From: a virus
Taxonomy: Duplodnaviria; Caudoviricetes
Reading direction: 5' to 3' (one strand)
DNA length: 64,000 nt
Virus record (IMG/VR): IMGVR_UViG_3300013281_000008
Location: 1 to 64,000 of that record
How positions within the stretch are numbered: position 1 is the first letter of the stretch; every line of letters starts with the position of its first letter. A program made the translations under genes and the position numbers. Positions 27,738 to 35,423 of this stretch are shown piece by piece. The notes under the pieces are model-generated. The model was not told the DNA's origin. It did no database searches and saw nothing but the letters and a program-made list of their open reading frames with translations.

Positions 27738-28132
27738 TTAATATCTCCGAAGAATTCTTCGATAATCCGCTTTGAAACTTTGATAATCTGACTATTTCTC
27801 ATATAAACTAGATAAGCTTCATATATCTTTTGAGTATTTTGGCTCATATCACCAAGTATAACTGCAAACCCTCTTACTTTTGATTGCTTTCTAGAGTCTC
27901 TCCAGTGAACTCGACTTACAACTCCATCTAAAGCAAGCTTTCCAAGATCTCCTGGTAGTATAACGTCTACTCTACACCATTCTTTAGGTGTTGGTAACTC
28001 CCCATTTGTTTCAAAGAACATTCCTTTATTACTTAGATCTTTTAACTTCAAATCTCCAGATGATGTTTCCCAAGCAACTGACAGTCTATCATTCACAATT
28101 GGGATTCGAATGTCTGATCTCTTTTCTTTCAT
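27734..28132 (-). CDS. PilZ-domain protein
   Basis: RxxxR (RSDIR) and DxSxxG (DLSNKG) c-di-GMP motifs; G.V.R...GFAV beta-barrel pattern. Confidence 0.8.
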   Translation of the reverse strand: MKEKRSDIRIPIVNDRLSVAWETSSGDLKLKDLSNKGMFFETNGELPTPKEWCRVDVILPGDLGKLALDGVVSRVHWRDSRKQSKVRGFAVILGDMSQNTQKIYEAYLVYMRNSQIIKVSKRIIEEFFGDIK

Positions 28133-28133
28133 T

Positions 28134-28526
28134 TTACTTCTCTAAGTAATAGTAGGTCTTCGAGTCTGGATCAAAAGTATAGTCCTTATCTATAATAGTC
28201 TCTTTACAATTAGTGCCTTTAAATTGGCCTGCATATTTGTAAGTCCCATCTTGAAACAAAAAATAAGCATTTCGAAAACCGTCTAATTTTAAAGCACATT
28301 CTTGGGTGAAATCTTTAAGGAATTGAATAATTTGATCGTCGCAACCGCCAATTGCAATTAAACTATCCTCATGGACGCCTTTAAAACAACCGGATACGTC
28401 CTTAACTTGAAATCCATCGTTAAGTAAGTATTTTCGGCCATTTTCATGGGCTTTTAGATTAGTAGCTTCACAATTCTGCGCGTTATATGCACTAATAATA
28501 TAAGTAACTGGATAAAATGGTCTCAC
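28134..28526 (-). CDS. DUF3293/SAM-lyase-like small protein
   Basis: ISAYN...N...GF...V.G.FKG..E.S....F.QEC.L pattern. Confidence 0.4.
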   Translation of the reverse strand: MRPFYPVTYIISAYNAQNCEATNLKAHENGRKYLLNDGFQVKDVSGCFKGVHEDSLIAIGGCDDQIIQFLKDFTQECALKLDGFRNAYFLFQDGTYKYAGQFKGTNCKETIIDKDYTFDPDSKTYYYLEK

Positions 28527-28551
28527 GTCGTACTCCTCCCATCGTTTTAAT

Positions 28552-28941
28552 TTAGTCTACTACAGGACGGATCATCTCGTCAAACATGCCCTTCTCACGG
28601 ACCTGTCCAATTCGATAATCTCCCACTGGAACTGGCACTTTATCGTGTTCATTATGTACAAGGTTTGTTTCCTTGAACACTCGCAAATAGGTTACATTTG
28701 AAGTAGGATCTCGAAATACCATAAAATTCCGTGAATCCTTATTCTTTTCAGGCGCTCCATGAACTTTAGCCATTTGGTCGACATTTTCACCTTCATCTAC
28801 AAGTCGGTGTGCATGTCCCGTATGCTCACCATGAGCCAATACATAGTTCCTAGGATCTTCTACAACTCCGCTTGGGATTGCATCGATCTTATAGATTAGT
28901 ACATCGCCTTGTTCTCTGATTTCTCGTGCTTCATCTGACAT
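28552..28941 (-). CDS. conserved partner protein (QGDV / GExTGHxH / HxEH motifs)
   Basis: EQGDV, LAHGEHTGHAH, LVHNEH, G.Y.I.QVRE; start ATG 28941. Confidence 0.65.
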   Translation of the reverse strand: MSDEAREIREQGDVLIYKIDAIPSGVVEDPRNYVLAHGEHTGHAHRLVDEGENVDQMAKVHGAPEKNKDSRNFMVFRDPTSNVTYLRVFKETNLVHNEHDKVPVPVGDYRIGQVREKGMFDEMIRPVVD

Positions 28942-28955
28942 TTTAGTTCTCCTTT

Positions 28956-29837
28956 TTAAGTTAAAATTATAGGTTCCAAATAGTTCGGCAGATTCATTCT
29001 CCACGCAAGCGCCGCCTTGCAAGTCTCAATTGTGTCTTCCACTCTCTCATAATGATAGGTGTTAGTCAAGCTGGGATTCTTCATACATAAGACCTTCCTA
29101 ACGACTCCATCTCCAAAGTCCATTGAATAGAGTTTGTAGTCGCACCAAGCTTTTCTATCGTCTTTCCATTCATCTAGTAACTTAGAATTAGTATCCTTTA
29201 AAAGCCGTTCTACTGGAATAAGCTTTAATGCTTCTCGTCTGATATCGACATTCTGCTCACCAAGAATCTTCTTTACGTCGAGCTTTTCTTTAGGAGTTTC
29301 AATAACATAAGCTGGCACTCGAATACCATTTAAAGCATAGATACCCCAGCCATCACGGTATTTAATAGCCATCTTTCCCTCATTATGTAGCCGTCCGTCT
29401 TTCATTGAGACAAACTCCGGTCTATCGCAAATAATGGCAGCTTTTTCATAGAAATAGACCCAACCGCAACTTTTAGCTAGTTTGGACCATTGTTCTAGTA
29501 ATTTACTTTGATCTTTGGTATACTTCACGCCAATTTGCTCGCAAAATTGATAGAAAGCAATCCAATAGTTATCTTGTTGACCCCAGAAATAAGTCCCATT
29601 GTAAACAGCGGCCTTATTTCCTTTGGCTTTATTTATCAATTTTTCAGCTTCTAGAGGCGATGAAACCTTGATAATTTCAGGCTCGGGTTTTTCTAACCGT
29701 CTATAGAATTCTTTGATAATTCTTTCAGCCACTTCGAAATTGGCGGGTTCTGTCGATAGACCAACTTCAAGTGCCTTTTGTCTGAATTCAATTAGATCTT
29801 GTTCCTGTTGTTTTGTTAATGATTCAATTTTCTTCAT
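28956..29837 (-). CDS. DUF6745-like protein
   Basis: LT..Q......ST.P.....SP..A...GQ.D.YW..FY...CGW...ICDRP.....GRLH.E...A..Y.DGW..YA.NG.RVP. Confidence 0.65.
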   Translation of the reverse strand: MKKIESLTKQQEQDLIEFRQKALEVGLSTEPANFEVAERIIKEFYRRLEKPEPEIIKVSSPLEAEKLINKAKGNKAAVYNGTYFWGQQDNYWIAFYQFCEQIGVKYTKDQSKLLEQWSKLAKSCGWVYFYEKAAIICDRPEFVSMKDGRLHNEGKMAIKYRDGWGIYALNGIRVPAYVIETPKEKLDVKKILGEQNVDIRREALKLIPVERLLKDTNSKLLDEWKDDRKAWCDYKLYSMDFGDGVVRKVLCMKNPSLTNTYHYERVEDTIETCKAALAWRMNLPNYLEPIILT

Positions 29838-30048
29838 TTTCTTTCTCCTTCAAATCTTCTTCAAACTGATTCCTAAGCTGCCACCCAAGCTGACTCCCAA
29901 GCTGATTCCCAAGCTGACTCCCAAGCTGATTCCCAAGCTGACTCCCAAGCTCTTTCCCAAGCTGATTCACAAGCTGACTCCCAAGCTGAATCTTAAGCTG
30001 ACTCACAAGCTGACCCTTCAATTCTCCACCTAGAAAGTCAGAGTTCAT
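29824..30048 (-). CDS. xxQL-repeat cassette H (13 units)
   Basis: Family head, units and tail present; supplies the SD of the DUF6745-like gene. Confidence 0.8.
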   Translation of the reverse strand: MNSDFLGGELKGQLVSQLKIQLGSQLVNQLGKELGSQLGNQLGSQLGNQLGSQLGWQLRNQFEEDLKEKENEEN

Positions 30049-30362
30049 TTAATATCCTTCAAATCCTCAATAAGCTGATTCCCAAGCTGACTCCCAAGTT
30101 GACTCCCAAGCTGATCCCTAAGCTGACTCCCAAGCTCTTTCCCAAGCTGATCCTCAAGCTGACTCCAAAGCTGATCCTCAATCTGACTCCAAAGCGGTCT
30201 CCCAAGCTGAATCTTAAGCGGACCCTCAAGCTGACTCCAAAGCTGACTCCAAAGCTGATCCTCAAGCTGACTCCAAAGCGGTCTCCCAAGCTGACTCCAA
30301 AGCTGACTCTTCAATTCTTCACCTAGGAAATCCTCTTTTTTCAATCGGCTTGCTTTCGGCAT
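30045..30362 (-). CDS. xxQL-repeat cassette I (20 units)
   Basis: Family core and tail present; tandem with H. Confidence 0.78.
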   Translation of the reverse strand: MPKASRLKKEDFLGEELKSQLWSQLGRPLWSQLEDQLWSQLWSQLEGPLKIQLGRPLWSQIEDQLWSQLEDQLGKELGSQLRDQLGSQLGSQLGNQLIEDLKDIK

Positions 30363-30568
30363 ATTTGAACCCTCACAATTCCGGGTGTGTTAAGAGCCTT
30401 CTTGATCGTATGTCTCATTATAACATCAAACGTGGCAGTCTCAGGATCAAAAAACAACGTAATGCTATTCTCCCGATCTACTTCACATGAGCTTACCACA
30501 TGCACGCTCTTTCGATAAGCTACATCATAAATTTCAATTGGAGCAACTGGCGGCATATCAAATATCAT
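30341..30568 (-). CDS. hypothetical protein
   Basis: 75-aa ORF with GGAGG SD. Confidence 0.5.
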   Translation of the reverse strand: MIFDMPPVAPIEIYDVAYRKSVHVVSSCEVDRENSITLFFDPETATFDVIMRHTIKKALNTPGIVRVQICRKQAD

Positions 30569-30731
30569 TTTTCATTCCTCCATTTCATAGCTTCAATGTT
30601 ATATTCCATTTGCCTAATCATATATTCAAAGTCTAGCATGAATTCTTCTAAAGCGATAGAGGCCCTAATATGATTTTCTTTAACTCTGTCTTGATAATCC
30701 TTAATAAGTTCTGGATATTCTTTAATGATTT

Positions 30732-31025
30732 TCATAGTTTAATATCCTTCAAATCCTCAATAAGCTGATCCCTAAGCTGACTCCCAAGCTGACTCCCAAG
30801 CTGACTCACAAGCTGACTCCAAAGCTGACTCCTAAGCTGACTCACAAGCTGACTCCCAAGCTGATTCCCAAGCTGATCCCTAAGCTGTCTCCAAAGCTGA
30901 CTCATAAGCTGATCATAAAGCTGACCTCTAAGCTGATTCCCAAGCTGACTCACAAGCTGACCTCTAAGCTGATCCCAAAGCTGACCCTTCAATTCTCCAC
31001 CTAGGAAATCCTGATTAGTTTTCAT
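30732..31025 (-). CDS. xxQL-repeat cassette J (19 units)
   Basis: Family head, units and tail present. Confidence 0.8.
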   Translation of the reverse strand: MKTNQDFLGGELKGQLWDQLRGQLVSQLGNQLRGQLYDQLMSQLWRQLRDQLGNQLGSQLVSQLRSQLWSQLVSQLGSQLGSQLRDQLIEDLKDIKL

Positions 31026-31241
31026 TTAATCTCCCATAAAGTCAGCAGCCGAAATCTGCCGGTCCATCCAAGCTTCGTACAATACATCTTCGCAACTCTC
31101 TTGAAGCTCGTCCAGCTCTTCATCAGTCAAATCTACCATATTATCAGTATAAAACCCACTGCTAAAGTAAATATCCTCCATCTCACGAGAATTACTATCG
31201 AATTCCACTTCAATCTCTCGACCTTTAAATTTCATTAGCAT
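31026..31241 (-). CDS. small acidic protein
   Basis: 71 aa, D/E-rich, strong AAGGAGG SD. Confidence 0.6.
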   Translation of the reverse strand: MLMKFKGREIEVEFDSNSREMEDIYFSSGFYTDNMVDLTDEELDELQESCEDVLYEAWMDRQISAADFMGD

Positions 31242-31330
31242 TAGATCCTCCTTGACTTACAACTCCATTATAGATTGACTACAAATATCTAACAACTACC
31301 ACTAATAACTTTGTCTTTCATATAAATAAA

Positions 31331-31879
31331 TTATATAGCCGGTATATCAACTAAGGATACATCCCCATATATATTAACACACACTACCGGCGGATAAACA
31401 CGGGATTCTCCAATATATGCATTGATAATTGCCGCCCGTTCTTCAATAGTACTATATTCAGTCCCACTAGCTATCGGTTCGATTTGATTATAATTATTTG
31501 ACCAAAAAATATTGCCGGTGTCGGCGTCGATACCGATGAATTCCCCCATTAATACCACGAAGCGCTCATTTTTAACGTCAAGGGTAATAAAGCCTTCAGC
31601 GATTAAATAACGTTCTAATTGCTCAATATTACCATGACTTAATAGCTTCACGTCAACGCAGGTCCATTTATATAATATACCCTGTTCGTTCAATCCATAC
31701 TCTCTTGTATTTTCGAGTGATTCTAAAGCTTGAATTAAGTTTAAATCTTCTATGAATACCTTATTCCATTCATCTTCAAGTTTTTGTTGTATTGGCATCA
31801 GTTGGGTATTCTTTTCAACAACGGCCTTTCTCATTTCCATTTCCAACCCCTTAATTTTCATTTTCTGTAATGCCTTCAT
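31331..31879 (-). CDS. hypothetical protein
   Basis: 182-aa ORF. Confidence 0.65.
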   Translation of the reverse strand: MKALQKMKIKGLEMEMRKAVVEKNTQLMPIQQKLEDEWNKVFIEDLNLIQALESLENTREYGLNEQGILYKWTCVDVKLLSHGNIEQLERYLIAEGFITLDVKNERFVVLMGEFIGIDADTGNIFWSNNYNQIEPIASGTEYSTIEERAAIINAYIGESRVYPPVVCVNIYGDVSLVDIPAI

Positions 31880-32082
31880 TATTTCTTGCCTCCTTCGATA
31901 ACCTTCAATTTAAAGTCTACACCAGATTTATAAGAATTGTCTAGATCAGCCATAAGTTGTTGAATTTCCAGTCCTATTTTATCTAGCAAAAATACATTAT
32001 CTTGCACTTCCCCGGCGAACATTAATAACATATTGATTTTGTTATTGATTTCGGTAACTTCCTTATTAGTTAAGATATTCAT
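31879..32082 (-). CDS. hypothetical protein
   Basis: 67-aa ORF ending KVIEGGKK, which encodes the SD of the next gene. Confidence 0.55.
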   Translation of the reverse strand: MNILTNKEVTEINNKINMLLMFAGEVQDNVFLLDKIGLEIQQLMADLDNSYKSGVDFKLKVIEGGKK

Positions 32083-32276
32083 TACTTCTTTCCTTTCAGA
32101 AAGCGAACTCGGTAAGCCTTACTTTCCAAGGTTTTTCCATCTAAAACGTCATTACCAGCAACTTCTAAGTTATAGGTATTACTGATGATATCAGCCAATA
32201 ATACAGCATCGTTAGCCCCAACTTCATCCATTCCAACCACTTCAGCATCTTTATATCTAATTAAAGCTTTATACAT
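32082..32276 (-). CDS. hypothetical protein
   Basis: 64-aa ORF with GGAGG SD. Confidence 0.55.
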   Translation of the reverse strand: MYKALIRYKDAEVVGMDEVGANDAVLLADIISNTYNLEVAGNDVLDGKTLESKAYRVRFLKGKK

Positions 32277-32547
32277 AATCCCTCCGATTAAGCGAACATT
32301 CCGAAGCTAGCACCCACTCTAAATACGATACCAGCTTTTTCTAGCTTTAGGAACTGTTCCCAACCAACCAAAACGTCTTTAAATAAAGGAATCTTATAGT
32401 TCCCTTCCCGTTGATACATCTTAACTCTAACGTAACTTTCCATATTATACTCCGTCCATCCAATCAACCAAAGCTTCCCCGATCCTAATCACCAGAATCA
32501 CCGGCAGTGCAATCAATCCTATCACATAATCCATATTCAAATACTCT

Positions 32548-32564
32548 TGCAAATCCCATACCAA
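32548..32564 (-). promoter_or_regulatory. sigma54 -24/-12 site TTGGTATGGGATTTGCA
   Basis: GG-N10-GC with TT flanks, directly ahead of the first leftward early ORFs. Confidence 0.6.
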
Positions 32565-32762
32565 CTCTCTTATTCCCTCCCCATTATAAACATTCCCAAT
32601 CATTCTAACCTCTTATGTATAAAATCCCTCTAATCCCAATAAACATACCCCTTACAATAAATGCTCATATTAAACAATACATGTCTAATATAGACCAATA
32701 ATTGCCGTACTACATAAGATTACATTGGTTTAGATCTAGGATTGGTCATTGAATGATGGATT

Positions 32763-32890
32763 GGCTTTTGAAAAGCCCATACTTATAGTTTCCATAGCCT
32801 TCGAAATTGCATTCCCTAGCTATCGAAAAAGCCCATACTTATAGCTTCCTAAACTACCGAAAAAGCATACTTTTCGAAGAAAAGCCCCAT
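32763..32890. repeat. 18-bp direct repeat AAAAGCCCATACTTATAG and palindrome GGCTTTTGAAAAGCC
   Basis: Copies at 32771-32788 and 32827-32844; degenerate copies near 32858 and 32879. Confidence 0.75.
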
Positions 32891-33092
32891 CTGCCACCTT
32901 CCCCGCTTCCACCCGACCTGCTCGGTAACGCTCTAATAGCCCCGCCATTCAACTTTGGCCGTTCCTTGCACCCAAGGTATCCCCCCGCTCCTAATCTTTC
33001 AATATAGGGCATCCTGCTGCGTTCTAATCCCGCTACAACTTGCATACCTATAGCCCACTATGCAATCCGGTCAAGCTTCCCTCGGCTCCCCC

Positions 33093-33353
33093 TGCAAGTT
33101 CTATGCCAACAAACCTGCTAATCCGCCCGCTTACTTTGGCACACTTCTTGCACCCCCCTGGTCAGCTAGACTTGGCACGAATCTTGCATCTCTCAACTGC
33201 TCCCCTACTCTGCATAAAATGCATACCCACGCCTTCTCTCTGCATTATATACATATTCGCATCCTAGCACGATTCTTGCACCCCCTGCAATTTCCATACC
33301 AAGAGACCCCCTTGCTGGGGACAAGCCACCTCCCATGTTGGCACAGTTATTGC
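33093..33353. promoter_or_regulatory. cluster of sigma54 -24/-12 sites on both strands
   Basis: (+) 33136 TTGGCACACTTCTTGCA, 33172 TTGGCACGAATCTTGCA, 33337 TTGGCACAGTTATTGCT; (-) 33093-33109 TTGGCATAGAACTTGCA, 33286-33302 TTGGTATGGAAATTGCA; variant at 33264. Confidence 0.7.
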
Positions 33354-33703
33354 TATATATGAGAGCACACCAACTTACTTTCCTGTATAATTATTAAAAC
33401 CTCCAGCCATCCATCTTTCCCCTAAACTACCCCCCTACCAAATGGTCGATTTAACCCCTTATAAGCCACCTGGGAGCAAAATTATTTCCCTAATTTTCGA
33501 TAATTATAGGCACCTAGAAAGCAGCCAACTGGTACTTTATAATGTGCCACTCCTTGAATCCCTTACCTCCCGAAAATGTAGGTCTGGGGTGGCACCAGTT
33601 GGGCGGTTTCAAGGCTCTGGGCTAACCCTGCTTTAAACATTATTTTTCCTTTTAATTTTCCTGCAATTATTACTCCATTGCCGATAATATAAGATTTCTA
33701 GAT

Positions 33704-34261
33704 TTAGGCAACTTTTATTTTATCCAAAAGGTGGCAAAAGAATAGGAAGGTATTTATAGCATCATCTTTCGAGCTATGTTTCTGACCTTGGAACTTCAGT
33801 CCCATCTTTTTCATGCTATTAGCCAGACCGCCTTTACCCATAAAGCCGTTGGTTAAGCAATAACCAATATAGATCGTTTTAACGTCAATCCAGCGGCGTC
33901 CAAAACACCACTTAAAATCAGCCCCAGATGCTTTAAGTTGCTCGCCTAGGAACTGAGTATCTCCGCCGCCCCAAGTGAGGCAATTAATAAAGCTACCAAA
34001 TGCTATATGAGTAGATCTCAGCTTCTCATATTGAACCAATAAGGGTTGACCCTCGTTGGCTAACTTCTCGTCCGTTATACCAGTCAGCTCAATTATAGGC
34101 TCGGTAAGTGGTTCATCAATCAATACAAACAGATCATCGGAAGCTAGAATTTCCCGGGTTTTTATGTTCCCGATACAATAGCCAATACTTATGATTTTAT
34201 TACTAGGTTGCGCTAGTTCTAGATCTATGGTCGTAAAGATCTCAGTCTGTTTAGGATTCAT
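33704..34261 (-). CDS. DEDDh (DnaQ-like) 3'-5' exonuclease
   Basis: IDLEL, WG..D, DVKT, H...DDA.NT motifs. Confidence 0.8.
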   Translation of the reverse strand: MNPKQTEIFTTIDLELAQPSNKIISIGYCIGNIKTREILASDDLFVLIDEPLTEPIIELTGITDEKLANEGQPLLVQYEKLRSTHIAFGSFINCLTWGGGDTQFLGEQLKASGADFKWCFGRRWIDVKTIYIGYCLTNGFMGKGGLANSMKKMGLKFQGQKHSSKDDAINTFLFFCHLLDKIKVA

Positions 34262-34267
34262 TATTTA

Positions 34268-34576
34268 TTATTCTTGATTCTTATTAATTTTTAAATTATT
34301 TGCCCAATTTGCTACCCAATTATCATAATCTTTAGGAACTGGATAAAAATTGTCTTTAAAAGTATTATCTTCATTTTTGAACTCAAAATCTTCCATCCAT
34401 CTTTCCGACCAATCACCAACATTAGTTGCGAACCATGGTTTATTTTCCCAAGGATATTTAATCCAATCCCAAATAATAATTTTAGTTGGCTTCTCAAGAG
34501 TTCCATCTAAAAGCTGAAAAACTGATCCATTTTTACCTGATTTTAGGCTAGCAATTAATGCATCTTTTAAGTTCAT
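34268..34576 (-). CDS. hypothetical Trp-rich protein
   Basis: 102-aa ORF. Confidence 0.55.
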   Translation of the reverse strand: MNLKDALIASLKSGKNGSVFQLLDGTLEKPTKIIIWDWIKYPWENKPWFATNVGDWSERWMEDFEFKNEDNTFKDNFYPVPKDYDNWVANWANNLKINKNQE

Positions 34577-34833
34577 TATTTAAGCTTTAACCCCCTCTTA
34601 AAGATATACTTTAGATCGTCCAGATCCTGCTCCATAGCCCCGATTCTACCCTCCAAAGTATCCTGCAGGGCGTTGGTAGAGCCGTTACAGAATTCGATAG
34701 TTCGGGTATTAATTTCTAGAACGGAAGCAATGATCTCATTGTCCTTTTCCTTCATTTCCACGATTGTGACCCCTTGGCCGGTAACTATTCCACCAAGTAC
34801 TAAGATAGCAATTAAGTATAGTGCGTCTTTCAT
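34576..34833 (-). CDS. small membrane-anchored coiled-coil protein
   Basis: N-terminal TM helix. Confidence 0.5.
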   Translation of the reverse strand: MKDALYLIAILVLGGIVTGQGVTIVEMKEKDNEIIASVLEINTRTIEFCNGSTNALQDTLEGRIGAMEQDLDDLKYIFKRGLKLK

Positions 34834-34967
34834 AATTATCCTTTCCTCAGCAGGCTTTTCACAGCCGCTACGTTAATTACCAACATTGTTACAAAGATAA
34901 GCGGAATGTTAAGAAGTTGGATAATTTGCAAGGTTTCTACGTGTTCCAATAAGAATGCCATCATATG

Positions 34968-35423
34968 CTATTTTACCTCCAGTTCGTAAGTTATTTCCAT
35001 ATCGTCCATATTAGTTTCCAAGAATCCAAGTTTCTCATGAAGATGTATGGATTTCACATTGTCGTGCTTTACGTAAGCTATAATTTTCTTGATGCCTAAA
35101 TTTTTAGCCTCTTTTAAAGCTAAATCCAACATATCATTAGCTAAGCCTTTTCCTCTAAAATCTTTATCCAAGTGAAAGCCCCAGATCTTAACGTCTGGAT
35201 CATCTGACTTAATATCGTTCCTAAACTCAACGAATCCTATAATCTGATTAGATTCTCCGTCAATATAACAAAGCTTAGGATAATCAGTATGTTTAAAGAT
35301 TCCCACATGCTCAGCCCAAGTAATAGGGGCTTTAGCCTGAGCGAAGTAGCAAACCTCCTGATCATTTCTAAGCCGAAATGTATCTTTCAGGTCGCCTTTA
35401 GCCATTTTTCTTAGATAATTCAT
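34968..35423 (-). CDS. GNAT N-acetyltransferase
   Basis: FRGKGLA acetyl-CoA motif; N..SI.L.EKLGF. Confidence 0.85.
   Translation of the reverse strand: MNYLRKMAKGDLKDTFRLRNDQEVCYFAQAKAPITWAEHVGIFKHTDYPKLCYIDGESNQIIGFVEFRNDIKSDDPDVKIWGFHLDKDFRGKGLANDMLDLALKEAKNLGIKKIIAYVKHDNVKSIHLHEKLGFLETNMDDMEITYELEVK

Noticed and set aside
24338-30326. Plus-strand KLTPKL ORFs and alternative-frame GVSLG ORFs over the repeat arrays
   Set aside because: Shadow frames of the 12-nt repeats; only the xxQL frame has conserved heads and tails, start/stop overlaps and SD logic
2861-31025. Repeat arrays as CRISPR arrays
   Set aside because: The constant part is only 6 nt and the variable part 6 nt, the arrays are translated in frame, and no cas genes are present
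2861-31025. A complete diversity-generating retroelement
   Set aside because: No reverse transcriptase or TR/VR pair in the window, and the A of CAG is almost invariant; kept only as an open possibility
32753-32764. 12-nt match (atgatggattgg) to the ncRNA 5' region
   Set aside because: Too short to exceed chance in 64 kb, and not at an RBS
32807-33636. Short ORFs in the GC-richer non-coding region
   Set aside because: Overlapping on both strands, atypical composition, and they cover the sigma54 array
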